From an uncultured Bdellovibrionales bacterium (GTDB lineage: Bacteria > Patescibacteriota > Minisyncoccia > Moranbacterales > DUUL01): 64,000 nucleotides of DNA. The position numbers were made by a program, and so were the translations under genes. The stretch is taken from NCBI GenBank assembly GCA_964556685.1, contig CAZKWX010000001.1, forward strand, positions 11,417 to 75,416, written 5' to 3'. Position 1 is the stretch's first letter. Each line of letters starts with the position of its first letter. Under the pieces are notes generated by a model, which saw nothing but the letters and a program-made list of their open reading frames with translations, was not told the DNA's origin and did no database searches. Shown here piece after piece: positions 29,442 through 39,639 of the stretch.

Positions 29442-29874
29442 ATAGGTCAATGAAGAAACCTTTCTGGGCCTTTTTTGTTTCCAAGCGTTTTGTGATTTCT
29501 TCAACATTCTTATCTTTATTCCAAATAACTCTAACCAAGGCTTTATGCTCTCCGGATCTCAATGATTCTATTTCTTTTTTCACTTCATTTGGAGTCGCAA
29601 CTGACGACTTTCCACCGCTGGGAATTTCCACTTTTTCAGTGTGGGACAACTGGTCGTCCATGTAATATTCAACCGTGAAAGTTCTTTTTTGCGGTTCGGA
29701 ATTATTGATGAAGAAATCAAGATTGCTTAAATTACTATCTATAGTCTCAAATCCCACCACCACAAAACCACGAGTGGCTTTTTGGTTGAGAACTTTGTCG
29801 CCATGCCGAAACAGGATGCCAACGGCACCGAATATTATGATTAATATTAATACAATTAACAATTTTGACTTCAT
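29440..29874 (-). CDS. Hypothetical membrane-anchored protein
   Basis: N-terminal TM plus a beta-rich domain. Confidence 0.7.
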   Translation of the reverse strand: MKSKLLIVLILIIIFGAVGILFRHGDKVLNQKATRGFVVVGFETIDSNLSNLDFFINNSEPQKRTFTVEYYMDDQLSHTEKVEIPSGGKSSVATPNEVKKEIESLRSGEHKALVRVIWNKDKNVEEITKRLETKKAQKGFFIDL

Positions 29875-29888
29875 TTTTCTTGTTTTTC

Positions 29889-30417
29889 TTCCCCTCTTCT
29901 TAAGAGGGGACTGAATTCATTGGTTTTGAATTCAGGGAGTTCGTCGGGAGGCTGTTATGTTTACCAAGTATTATATTCCTTAATTATCCAGTCCTAATTC
30001 TTCTCTAATTTTGAACAAAATCCCGTCTAAATTATTATATATTTCATTGTTCCAAAATCTGACAGCCTTAATTCTTTGTGTTTTTAAAAATTCAGACCTA
30101 TTCTTGTCACTTTCTCTGCTACTTTCATAAGCATGTTGATCCCCATCTAATTCTATGGCCAGTCTCTTTCTAGGACAATAAAAATCTAAAATGTATTTTC
30201 CTATACTGTATTGCCGATAAAATTTGTATCCCTCAATTTGTTTATTTCTTAACTGTTGCCATAATTTTCCTTCAGCGTCAGTCTGATTTTTTCGAAAAGC
30301 TCGGGGCAATTGTTTAGATCTTTTTTGATTGTGTCGATTAGACAACATCTTTTTATTTATCATTGACAACTGCCAGATAGCTAACTCCCCCTAACCCCCT
30401 CTTGCCAAGAGGGGGAA
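29889..30417. mobile_element. Putative autonomous unit: DUF559 nuclease between inverted family-B arms
   Basis: Arms at 29889-29946 and 30381-30417 have the same geometry as the empty doublets. Confidence 0.6.
29980..30363 (-). CDS. DUF559 (Vsr-like PD-(D/E)XK) endonuclease
   Basis: RKNQTDAE..LW..LR, KFYRQ, ILDFYC, LAIELDGDQH, D..R..FL and RFWN. Confidence 0.92.
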   Translation of the reverse strand: MINKKMLSNRHNQKRSKQLPRAFRKNQTDAEGKLWQQLRNKQIEGYKFYRQYSIGKYILDFYCPRKRLAIELDGDQHAYESSRESDKNRSEFLKTQRIKAVRFWNNEIYNNLDGILFKIREELGLDN

Positions 30418-30430
30418 TTCATATAATTTA

Positions 30431-32422
30431 CTAATTTCGCTTATAAATCACTGTGTTAGTTGAAGCATATACCTTAGAGAAATTATTTGAATTGTCAAAT
30501 TGGGCGTTGTCATAACCTTTTTTGAGCATGATGTATTTCACTCCGGTTTCGTCGTAACACTGCACTCCACGCTCGGTGTCTGGCTGAATAACCATGTCTC
30601 TAGTGCAGGTTTCTCGTTTCTTGTATATGTCGTCATAGCGTTTGTCGAAAGTCCGCGAAAGCGGATATTTATATCCCCGCATAAAAAATATTTTTATCCA
30701 CGAGTCTCCGGCCAAATGAGTATGGTCCTTGAGAACTTGTTCATCTTTAGTGGTTCGATCAGCCAAATACATTGAGGCCAAATAGGTTTGAAAAACTTCC
30801 TGATTTTTTCTGGGATCATGGTCACGAGCTGAGTCAGAAATGTCGGAAAAACCAGAAATAAATCCAGTTCCGAAGATGACTAGCCCGACAAGAATGGCCA
30901 ATGCCTTGGAAAGTCTTCGAGCAGAGAGGGCAAAAATTAGTACAACAGAAATGGCTGCCAAAATCGACATAGGGTAAGTGATGTAGCTAACGATTCTGTT
31001 GGAAGGAATGTCAACCTTCAAAAAGGTAGGTTTAACACTCATCAAAATGATCATGACAGTCCAAGCGAGCAAAAATCCCAGCGATGCCAAGATAAGAATG
31101 TTTTTCTTCTCATTGCCATCTTTGCCAGATTTTTTGAAGACAAAAAGCATAACTAGTGCGATGACGGCCAATCCGATCATTCCATAGAGAAATCTCCAAG
31201 GTCCAGCGCTGAGTATCACTGCTCCGATGGTCAGTCCAGTTCGAGTGGCCTTGACGGGTGTGCCCACGGCGGTGTCAATTGCTTCAGGATTGAGATAGGA
31301 TGGCTCGCGAACAAAGAAAAAGAAGAGGATCAATAAAATTACCAGGATCATGTTGCGGAAGGCAAAAAACGGTTTCGCATAAACTAGGAGGGCAGAAAAA
31401 AACTTTTTCAAATTGAAACGATAATAAATCAAAAGCGCTACGAGTAAAACTACCAAAAATCCAACCAGAGCATATAAAAATATATAACTGGAAAGATGAT
31501 GAGTATAGACCATAGTGGCTACAGCCAGAATAAAAGCCATGGCTAAGTTGCGACTCTTGAATTTCAGTGTTGTGACAAAAAGATAGATTACGAAAGGGAT
31601 GAAGAAGTTGCCAATGATGTTGCCAATCACGCCGCCAGAAACAAATTTGGCTCCCGGAGATGAAATTGCATAAAAAGTACCAGTGATGAGCAGAACAAAG
31701 AATGCAATATTTTTTGCCGTTCTTTTTTTGGTAAAATATTCACTCAAACGATAGGCTAAAATAAATATGGCCAGTAATGAAAAAATATTGATTAGAAACA
31801 AAGTGACAACCGGCATGGCACTGACAAAGGGAATCTTCGTCAATGCAGCAACCGAAGCAAAAACGATGTGTTCACCGATAATGAAATCTGGTTGGCCATC
31901 ATAGTCAGGCAGTGTTCCATTGGTGGTGATGTAACTGGACCAATACATGTGATGGCCCATGTCGGTGGTTTGGGGCATGATGCCGCGAGAAACATAGAAA
32001 CCACGAATGGCGACAGCGAACAATAGAATCAAAATAAATATTAAAATCTGCCGATAGGAGAAATGCCGCAAAGAGGAGAAGTAATCTTCTTTCGGTGTCA
32101 TCCCGGACTTGCCGTGCCCGCTCTTTGGAGGGATCCGGGATCCATTCTCTCTAGTCCTAAGTTTATAAACACCCCAGCAAAGAGCAGAGAACAGCAATAT
32201 GACCATCAAAATCCATTTTCCTGTGATGGGAATGCTGCCAAAATCCATCAGCATGACCAGAAAGTTGGTGGCAGTCAGACTCAGTCCGAAAGAAATGACT
32301 AACTTTTCCAATGCAGAAAACCGGTTTTGAAAGCGACCCAAAATAGCTAACATAAAAAAGAATCCCGGAATAAAAAGGACCAAAAAAATTGATAAATAAA
32401 GTTTTATTATGGGTATTAGCAT
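30431..32422 (-). CDS. Large polytopic membrane protein, probably GT-C-like
   Basis: More than 14 TM helices; LFIPG, D..HH after the TM block and HHLS; C-terminal KYI...F.KVY domain. Confidence 0.65.
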   Translation of the reverse strand: MLIPIIKLYLSIFLVLFIPGFFFMLAILGRFQNRFSALEKLVISFGLSLTATNFLVMLMDFGSIPITGKWILMVILLFSALCWGVYKLRTRENGSRIPPKSGHGKSGMTPKEDYFSSLRHFSYRQILIFILILLFAVAIRGFYVSRGIMPQTTDMGHHMYWSSYITTNGTLPDYDGQPDFIIGEHIVFASVAALTKIPFVSAMPVVTLFLINIFSLLAIFILAYRLSEYFTKKRTAKNIAFFVLLITGTFYAISSPGAKFVSGGVIGNIIGNFFIPFVIYLFVTTLKFKSRNLAMAFILAVATMVYTHHLSSYIFLYALVGFLVVLLVALLIYYRFNLKKFFSALLVYAKPFFAFRNMILVILLILFFFFVREPSYLNPEAIDTAVGTPVKATRTGLTIGAVILSAGPWRFLYGMIGLAVIALVMLFVFKKSGKDGNEKKNILILASLGFLLAWTVMIILMSVKPTFLKVDIPSNRIVSYITYPMSILAAISVVLIFALSARRLSKALAILVGLVIFGTGFISGFSDISDSARDHDPRKNQEVFQTYLASMYLADRTTKDEQVLKDHTHLAGDSWIKIFFMRGYKYPLSRTFDKRYDDIYKKRETCTRDMVIQPDTERGVQCYDETGVKYIMLKKGYDNAQFDNSNNFSKVYASTNTVIYKRN

Positions 32423-32467
32423 TGATTACTACACTAATTATACGCCAAAATTAGGGAAAAACAACAT

Positions 32468-32496
32468 TTGACAAAATACTTATAAAATGATATAAT
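32468..32496 (+). promoter_or_regulatory. Consensus sigma70 promoter
   Basis: TTGACA-N17-TATAAT, an exact consensus match. Confidence 0.85.
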
Positions 32497-32589
32497 CATA
32501 GAATATAATAAATGTTGTTTTTTTTAAATAATCTCTCAATAGCGACGCAAAATAAACCAACAGAAATCAGTGAGGAAAGGAGAATGGCC

Positions 32590-33015
32590 ATGCAAAGGTT
32601 TATTGTCAAGCAAGGAAATTTTGAGGTAATGGAGTTTCCCGGTGAAAGTTTCTGTAAGGTGCCAGGCGCCGTTCATAATGGACAGCATTGGCAGGCACCG
32701 GGCAAGATTCTTGTTCAACTAGAGTCTGATGACGAAAGAGGGGCGGTATTCTCATTGTTTCATCCCAAAACGAATGGCGTTACAACTGGCCATGTTGACA
32801 TCATCTTCGCAATTCATGGGAAAAATGCGGAGTTGAGACGATATTCCGGGATGAAAAAAATATCATTAAGAAGTGCGCTCTTCAAGATGTTTTGGCCAGA
32901 TGGGCCGAACCATCTCATCGAGACCTTACGTTCATTGGGTGGTAGTTTCATCAAGAACCATCAGGCTACCCGTTTCGGACGAATCGTTATTTTGGCCGCT
33001 AACAGTTTGAATTAA
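32590..33015 (+). CDS. Orphan hypothetical protein
   Basis: AAGGAG SD, own consensus promoter and terminator hairpin at 33033-33070. Confidence 0.6.
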   Translation: MQRFIVKQGNFEVMEFPGESFCKVPGAVHNGQHWQAPGKILVQLESDDERGAVFSLFHPKTNGVTTGHVDIIFAIHGKNAELRRYSGMKKISLRSALFKMFWPDGPNHLIETLRSLGGSFIKNHQATRFGRIVILAANSLN

Positions 33016-33084
33016 TAAGCGGCATGAACAAAAAAGGTCCCGTCGACAGACAATTTGTCGATGGGCCTTTATCTTTTAGAAAGA

Positions 33085-34194
33085 TTAATATTTCTTCATC
33101 TCATCCAAGTACCTTTGGCAAATTTGGTCCCAAGTAAAGTTTTCTTCTACGTACTGTCCTGCGCGTTTGCCGAATGCTCGAGTGAAGGCATCACCGGCAT
33201 CAAGAATTTTATTTATTTTTCCCAGCCAATGGTCAACATTTTCTGGATCAACCAAGAAGCCATTTTCCCCATCTTTAATTGCGTCAGCCAAACCTTCAAG
33301 ATTGGAAGCGACTACTACTCGTTCACAAGTTCCTGCTTCAATGGCGTTGATGCCAAAGCCTTCCATTGATCCGGGCACCTTGATGTTAGGCGAAACCACC
33401 AAATCAACCGTGTTGAGCAAAATTTTCAGGTCTTTTTGTGGTAGGGAGGGAAGGAGCTTCACCCGATCTTCCAAGCTATTTTGGATTATTGCTTGCTCAC
33501 AATTGAGAAAATCATCCGGGTCGCCAGCAGTATTCTTGTGCACTCGGTGTCCAGTGGCAATCATCACAACATTTTCAGCCAGCTTGGGCATGATATTTTC
33601 AATAAACCAACTGGTTCCTTTGTGGGGAACAAAGCGAGCTAATCTCAAAATTACTTTTTTGTTGTCTAATTTCTTTCCGAAAAGCTCAGCCAGTTCATCA
33701 CGATTATGGGATTCTCTTAATTCATTTGGATTGACACCATTGGGAATGAAAGTGCATAAATCTTGATCAATATCAACTTTGATGGCTTCGTCAATAGTCG
33801 TGGTACCAACCGTGAAAAGTTGATCCATCTTTTTCAAGGATGGAATGTTAGTCTTAGCGTAAATCTTTGACAGTAAACCATCTTTTCTGGCATAGACGAT
33901 ATCCAAGCCATGAACAACGCAAAAGAATTTTTTATTTTTATAAAAAGGCTTCAAGGCGGCACCAATGGGTGCTAAAATTCCACTGCCGAAAAGGCATGCA
34001 TCATATTTTCTCAACTGGAATAAGGCTATGAAAAAAGTCATTGGAACAAAAACAGGCAACCACCATTTGCCTTTCCCGTTTGTGATTATTTTTGTCTCGG
34101 TGATTTTCTGCAAACCACGAGACAGATCCCTGTTTTGATTTTCTATGCCTCCAACCAAAGGAGGGTAGGAATGTGATATAAAAAGTATCTTCAT
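33085..34194 (-). CDS. GT4 glycosyltransferase
   Basis: YPPLVGGIE, HGLD, PNGV, KG and EGFGINAIEA. Confidence 0.92.
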   Translation of the reverse strand: MKILFISHSYPPLVGGIENQNRDLSRGLQKITETKIITNGKGKWWLPVFVPMTFFIALFQLRKYDACLFGSGILAPIGAALKPFYKNKKFFCVVHGLDIVYARKDGLLSKIYAKTNIPSLKKMDQLFTVGTTTIDEAIKVDIDQDLCTFIPNGVNPNELRESHNRDELAELFGKKLDNKKVILRLARFVPHKGTSWFIENIMPKLAENVVMIATGHRVHKNTAGDPDDFLNCEQAIIQNSLEDRVKLLPSLPQKDLKILLNTVDLVVSPNIKVPGSMEGFGINAIEAGTCERVVVASNLEGLADAIKDGENGFLVDPENVDHWLGKINKILDAGDAFTRAFGKRAGQYVEENFTWDQICQRYLDEMKKY

Positions 34195-34203
34195 TTTAAA
34201 TCT

Positions 34204-34244
34204 GGCGACCCAAATATACGAATTAACACTCGAATGTTACGAAT
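34204..34244 (+). repeat. GxxExxY-type CGAAT repeat
   Basis: ggcgacccaaatatacgaattaacactcgaat; near-identical to 63475-63513. Confidence 0.8.
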
Positions 34245-34257
34245 GGGTTAAATGAAA

Positions 34258-34392
34258 TGTCATTCCGAGCGTAGTCACGTCGTTCTAGAATGACAGTGAC
34301 GTAGTCGAGGAATCTCGAGAATTTTAATTAGATTTCTCCACTTCGCTACGCGGAGCCTGCACTGAGCAAGGCCGAATGTGGTCGAAATGACA
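34258..34392. repeat. Family A doublet with nested insertions
   Basis: tgtcattccgagcgtagtc...gaggaatctc...agatttctccacttcgct...gtcgaaatgaca. Confidence 0.88.
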
Positions 34393-34394
34393 TA

Positions 34395-35393
34395 TTATTG
34401 ACTTTGCTTTCTTTTTTCGTAGATATCCTTCCTGCGACGATAGATCGAATCCTCGGTCAACTGACGATTAGATTTAATCATATCAGCCACTAGGGCAAAA
34501 ACTAAAAATTGAATGCCTAAGAGCAACGAAAGGGAAGAAAAAACAATCAGATTGATGTAGGGGGTAATTTTAAAGGAAGTGAAATAATTAATGAAAAAGA
34601 CGATAAAGCCAAAAGTTCCGATTGTTCCAAAAAATATTCCCGGCCAACCAAAAAATTTCATTGGTCGAACATCGCGGATGGCTTTCAGAATGAGTTTAAA
34701 GCTAGTAGAGACAAACTTCCAAATAGATTTGGTAATTCTTCCTTGCCGGCCAGAAAAATAGGTAACTTTGACTGGAATCCATTTGAGTCTAAGATTTTTT
34801 CCAATGGCATCAATAATTGTTTCTTGAGTATAAGTGAAATATAAGTTTGTCAAATTGAGTCGCAAAAGAGTTTCACTGTTAAGGGCCCGAAAGCCACAGG
34901 TCAAATCATCAGTTTTCTGATTGAGAAAAAAGCCAATTAATCTGGCTGCTAATTTGTTAAGGAAACTTCGAATCCATGGAATATTTTCCGCTTTCAGTTT
35001 TCCAAAGCGATTAGCAATTGCCATATCAGCCTCTTGTTTTATTACCGGAGATAGAAGTTTGGGAATGTCTTCTGGATTAAACTGGCCATCAGCGTCTACG
35101 TTGACCATGAAATCAGTCCCGTTTTTTAATGCGCTTTCAACGGCTTGGCGAAATGAATAGGCCAATCTTCGATTGGGCTTGTAGGAAACAATAATATCAA
35201 CCCCAGCTTCTTTGGCAACTTCAACAGATCGATCAGTCGATCCATCATCCACAATTTGAATTAATTTTTCCGTGATCACGCTACCGGCTCCACTGGAGTA
35301 AAAATCATTACTAAAACTTCTCTTTATCCTGGCCACAGTTTGGCCTAGTTTTTCTTCTTCATTATAGACGGGGAGATTTACAATAAGTTTCAT
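34395..35393 (-). CDS. GT2 glycosyltransferase with C-terminal TM helices
   Basis: PVYNEE, VDDGSTD, DADGQF and DLTCGFRA. Confidence 0.92.
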   Translation of the reverse strand: MKLIVNLPVYNEEEKLGQTVARIKRSFSNDFYSSGAGSVITEKLIQIVDDGSTDRSVEVAKEAGVDIIVSYKPNRRLAYSFRQAVESALKNGTDFMVNVDADGQFNPEDIPKLLSPVIKQEADMAIANRFGKLKAENIPWIRSFLNKLAARLIGFFLNQKTDDLTCGFRALNSETLLRLNLTNLYFTYTQETIIDAIGKNLRLKWIPVKVTYFSGRQGRITKSIWKFVSTSFKLILKAIRDVRPMKFFGWPGIFFGTIGTFGFIVFFINYFTSFKITPYINLIVFSSLSLLLGIQFLVFALVADMIKSNRQLTEDSIYRRRKDIYEKRKQSQ

Positions 35394-35607
35394 GGGTAGT
35401 AGTTTGTAGTTGCGTTGAGATTAAAAAATATAACAACATTTAAACTTGCCTTTCTAAGGCATTATCACTATAATTATACTCCAAAAGATAATAAGTTACA
35501 ATATTCAACCCAAACAGTCAAGCACTTTTATATTGTTTTTTAAAAATAGCGGAGTACACTTTTGAATAATAAAATCACTTTTTCGGCAATGAAAGAGAGG
35601 TGTTCAA

Positions 35608-36219
35608 GTGACTATAATTCACGATTATCAGCCAAGCAATAAGGAAAAGTTAATAAGCGTGCTATTTCCAAAACTAGCACCTCCAAAACTGTCATTTTCC
35701 AGAAGAATGTGTAGGGAATTACTGGATGAATTCGGAGTGATTCTTGAGGATGAATTACTACCGCTTGGGGGAAAGGAAGAACATATCGTAAGTGCTTTTT
35801 TCGGAGTTTGTGGGAGGCAAGAGGAAACAATGAGGCAGATTTCAAATGAACTTGAAATCTGCTACACACACGTTTCAAGGTTGAAAACGAGAACTCTTTT
35901 TCAGTTAAGACATCGTGCAGGAAAAGAATTTATGGATGTCATAGCTAGGATATCAAAACAATGGGAAGGATTGAAAAAAGAGGTAACGGATTTAAGAAAA
36001 ATTAATTATCCATTCCCGGAAAAAATCTCGGTTTCAGGCCTCTTGTCCAAAGAAATTGTTGACATTCTTGAAGAAAAAAAAGTGTTTAACCTGAAAAAGT
36101 TAGCAACGTGCCCATTCTGGAAATTTAAAAGAATTGGCAAAAAACGCCAGAGAATAATAAAAAGTGTTCTAAAAAAACACATGCTTTATCCAGGTATGGA
36201 AGAGGAGGATTTCAGGTAA
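35608..36219 (+). CDS. Orphan protein with sigma70 region-4-like HTH plus RNAP alpha-CTD-like domain
   Basis: TMRQISNELEICYTHVSRLKTRTLFQLRH and LSKEIVDILEEKKVFNLKKL...RIGKKRQRIIKSVL. Confidence 0.55.
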   Translation: MTIIHDYQPSNKEKLISVLFPKLAPPKLSFSRRMCRELLDEFGVILEDELLPLGGKEEHIVSAFFGVCGRQEETMRQISNELEICYTHVSRLKTRTLFQLRHRAGKEFMDVIARISKQWEGLKKEVTDLRKINYPFPEKISVSGLLSKEIVDILEEKKVFNLKKLATCPFWKFKRIGKKRQRIIKSVLKKHMLYPGMEEEDFR

Positions 36220-36338
36220 AAAAGTTATCAAGATGTATAGTGGGTAAAATTTTAGATCATAAAACCGGGAGTCGTCGACACGATTAGCCGGTTTTTTGCT
36301 TGAAAAAAATACTCCATAGAGAACTCTATGGAGGACAC

Positions 36339-36370
36339 GTATATACGAACGTATATACGTTGGTATATAC
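36339..36370. repeat. Family C: 3 x GTATATAC
   Basis: gtatatacgaacgtatatacgttggtatatac. Confidence 0.9.
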
Positions 36371-36424
36371 TAGTCTCAACTCGCTAGCATAGCTATGCAC
36401 TTTGGCAACTACTTATTTAAGTTT

Positions 36425-36570
36425 CCTCCCCTTGCTAAGGGTAGAGAATTGCGAATGAGTAATTCTTAAGGAGGGGTTAGTCTAAATGGCAGTAGTCGCC
36501 GGTCATACAGACGAACTCCCCTGAATTCATTACTAATAAATTCAGCACCCTCTTACTAAGAGGGGGGGGG
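36425..36570. repeat. Family B empty inverted doublet
   Basis: ccccttgctaaggg...gaggggttagtc / gacgaactcccctgaattc...ccctcttactaagaggg. Confidence 0.85.
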
Positions 36571-36585
36571 AGCAAGAAGAAAAAA

Positions 36586-37878
36586 TTATTTCCTTCCAAT
36601 CCCATGATATTTGATTCCCAGCTTTTTTATTGCTTCGTGATCCAAACAATTTCTTCCATCAACAATTGCCAGAATTTTGTTCTTCTTAAAATCCTCTGGC
36701 TTCAAATCCAGAAACTCTTGGTGATGAGTGGCCAAAATGACTGCCTTTGATTTTTGTAAAGCTTCTTTCGGTGACTTTGCGTCAGACATTCTGGGAAAAT
36801 AGGGATCGAATCTGATGACTTTAGCTCCTCTTTTTTCTAAGATTTTGATCATTTGCAAAGAGGGTGATTCACGAAGATCGTCTACGTTTTCTTTATAAGA
36901 AAGTCCCAAGATGGTTATAGGAGTTCCTTTGATTGGCAATTTGACCTTATTGAGAAGATTTTGCAGAATATCAACTGTATAATGAGGCATGAAACGGTTT
37001 ATTTCTCGTGCTTTGCGCAAAAAGTGATGATCAAACCCAGCCTTTTTCGCTCGCTCAATCAAATAATAGGGATCAACCGGAATACAATGACCACCCACGC
37101 CACAGCTCTGACGGAAGGCCATGAATCCAAACGGCTTAGTGGCGGCTCCGTCAATCACGTCTTTGAGATCAATGTCCATCTGATCAAAACTTTGAGCCAA
37201 CTCATTGACAAAGGCGATGTTGATGTCGCGAAAAGAATTCTCCACCACTTTGACCGCTTCAGCTTCCCTGATTGACTTCATTGGTTTAATTTCTGCATCA
37301 ATAATTGACTCATAGAACTCTTTGGCTATTTTCAATCCTGTTTTCGAAAGAGCACCAACTACTCGAGCAATATTGCTCACGTCATAACCGGCGCTAACAG
37401 AAACTTTTCCCGGGTCAATTCTTTCTGGACAGTGAGCTAAATAATAATCTCGTCCCTCTTTCAAGCCAGCATCCGCAAATATAGGTTCCACTATTTCTTC
37501 GCAAACACCGGGATTAATAGTGGATTCAACGATAACTAGTTGGCCCTTTTTTCGGTTTTTTATGATCAATTCCACGGCTGATTTGATTGGATCAAGAATG
37601 GGATAGAACTGCTCATCGACCGGGGTAGGCACACAAATAATCACCACATCAGATTTTTTTATACTCAAGCCGCTTGAGGAAACTGAAATCTTTTTCAACA
37701 AACTTTTTCGTTTCTCGATGAACTCATCTTTCAGAGGACTTTGCCCTTTTTTGACAATAGCTATTTTTTTCTTGTCTAAATCAATCCCAAAAACTTTGTG
37801 ACCCTTTTCTACACATCGGACTGCTAGTGGCAAACCTACATAGCCAAGACCAATGATAGCAATGGTTTTATTTTCCAT
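36586..37878 (-). CDS. Nucleotide-sugar dehydrogenase (WecC/WbpA-like)
   Basis: GLGYVG, CVPTP, EST, PERIDPG, GGHCIPVDP and DLRESP. Confidence 0.93.
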   Translation of the reverse strand: MENKTIAIIGLGYVGLPLAVRCVEKGHKVFGIDLDKKKIAIVKKGQSPLKDEFIEKRKSLLKKISVSSSGLSIKKSDVVIICVPTPVDEQFYPILDPIKSAVELIIKNRKKGQLVIVESTINPGVCEEIVEPIFADAGLKEGRDYYLAHCPERIDPGKVSVSAGYDVSNIARVVGALSKTGLKIAKEFYESIIDAEIKPMKSIREAEAVKVVENSFRDINIAFVNELAQSFDQMDIDLKDVIDGAATKPFGFMAFRQSCGVGGHCIPVDPYYLIERAKKAGFDHHFLRKAREINRFMPHYTVDILQNLLNKVKLPIKGTPITILGLSYKENVDDLRESPSLQMIKILEKRGAKVIRFDPYFPRMSDAKSPKEALQKSKAVILATHHQEFLDLKPEDFKKNKILAIVDGRNCLDHEAIKKLGIKYHGIGRK

Positions 37879-38011
37879 TTACGTTTTATAATTTTTTATA
37901 ATAATTCAATTCACTTCTTTATTCTAGTCTTAGATGAATATTATATCAAGACTAAAAAGTCCGGTAGCATATTTGACACAACTTCACAATTCTTGCCATA
38001 TATTTCAATTC

Positions 38012-39610
38012 ATGGTAGTATCTATAATTGATACATTAGACTTAACCATTTTTGTGAAGTCAGTTCGATTTATACGTGAAGTTATAGAAAACTCACTCAT
38101 CACAATAATTATGGGAGCAGTGGCCTTTGCGCTGATTCTGGTGACCACTTTGAATTTCACCGCCGCTACTCTTGTTTTTGTGCTTTTTATATTTCTGGCC
38201 ATACTCCAGCACAGTTTTTCACGAGGATGGCTATTTTTGTTAGTTATTGCTCTTTTGTTGCCATCGATTGGAATTGGTACCAGCTATTTCGCAATTCATG
38301 AAATTTTTCTGACCATCCTGGCCGTGATTGGTCTCATTTCCATCGGGATTGAGAATAAAAAAATTCCCATTAACAAGATTTCTTACTATTTCTTTTTACT
38401 CATCATTATCGGTGGTAGCATCATCGTTTTTGGCAGCGCTTTTGAACAAGTAATCGATCCCAGTGTCTGGATTCTGATAGTGACATTGGCCTTGATCTGG
38501 GCGTTGCTAATTGCTTTTCAATACTTTTTTCAAACTCAAAAAAGATTGCAAAGGTTTTTCTTGGCGTTAATCACTGTAGGTGTGTTGCATTCAGCTTTTG
38601 GTATTTTGGCCTACATATTTGACTGGCAGACATCATTGGGAATGGGAATTTCAAGTGGGAAATTCGAACATCTGATTTTTGCCGATGCCTCCATTCGAGT
38701 GAATGGATTTCTGGGAGACGGTTTTGTGATGAGAGTGGGGGACAGTGCCTTGGCACCACTCTTACTGATCACCATTCCTGTCGCCATTGGATTGTTGCTG
38801 AGTTTTCAGAAAGAAAAAAAATCTCCCGCGAAGAAAACATTCGACACGAAACGGGACAGACTTTTTGATTCAATTCACCTCGCCAGAACGAAGGAAGAAC
38901 TTCGAAGAAAAATCGTAGTCATTTCCCAGAAAACCAATGTTAAAGATCTTCAAAAAGAGTTGCCCATGATTTTTAACAAAAAGACTCTCATTATTGGTTT
39001 CATCTTGCTTCAAGCGGTGGCCTTAATCCTGACGTTTTCCTATAGTGCCTTGGTGATATTGACGATCGGACTCTTTGCTATTGGACTATTGTTACGCAAC
39101 AAGTCCCTGCTTTCCATCGCTGCTTCAATATTAATTGTTTTGTCCATTGCATTTCCAGGTTTTCGATCTTCGTTAATCAATGAATCAACTGCCAATTTGA
39201 CTCAATGGTTTTCTGGTTTTGAGCAAGTAAGTAAATCATGGGCTTTTGGAAATGGCTGGAGAGTTGAACTGCAAGAAGGAGAGTCGTCCGGTATTAGCGC
39301 AGAGCACATCTACAACTCCTATCTTTACATCTGGAATATTTTAGGCCTGGCCGGGCTGTTGGTTTTTCTGGCAATGTTAGTCCAATATTTTATTGAAATT
39401 AGAAATGCCTACATTAGATCTGATGGATGGCAGAGAATTTGGCTGATTGTTATTTTGGCAGTCTTTATTGAGTTTGCTTTGTTGGGTCTAACTAACAATG
39501 CATTGCTTTTTGGTCCCGCGGCACTAATTTTCTGGCTACTCTATGGAGCCATTCAAAATCTCAAAAAGAGAAAAGTTGAGTTTGGCCTGACTGAAACCAA
39601 AATTTTTTAG
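38012..39610 (+). CDS. O-antigen ligase/polymerase-like membrane protein
   Basis: RVNGFLG, LTFSYS, FGNGW and YNSYL...GLAG pattern. ATG at 38012. Confidence 0.7.
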   Translation: MVVSIIDTLDLTIFVKSVRFIREVIENSLITIIMGAVAFALILVTTLNFTAATLVFVLFIFLAILQHSFSRGWLFLLVIALLLPSIGIGTSYFAIHEIFLTILAVIGLISIGIENKKIPINKISYYFFLLIIIGGSIIVFGSAFEQVIDPSVWILIVTLALIWALLIAFQYFFQTQKRLQRFFLALITVGVLHSAFGILAYIFDWQTSLGMGISSGKFEHLIFADASIRVNGFLGDGFVMRVGDSALAPLLLITIPVAIGLLLSFQKEKKSPAKKTFDTKRDRLFDSIHLARTKEELRRKIVVISQKTNVKDLQKELPMIFNKKTLIIGFILLQAVALILTFSYSALVILTIGLFAIGLLLRNKSLLSIAASILIVLSIAFPGFRSSLINESTANLTQWFSGFEQVSKSWAFGNGWRVELQEGESSGISAEHIYNSYLYIWNILGLAGLLVFLAMLVQYFIEIRNAYIRSDGWQRIWLIVILAVFIEFALLGLTNNALLFGPAALIFWLLYGAIQNLKKRKVEFGLTETKIF

Positions 39611-39639
39611 CCAATCAGTCAATCAAAATATTCAAGTCC

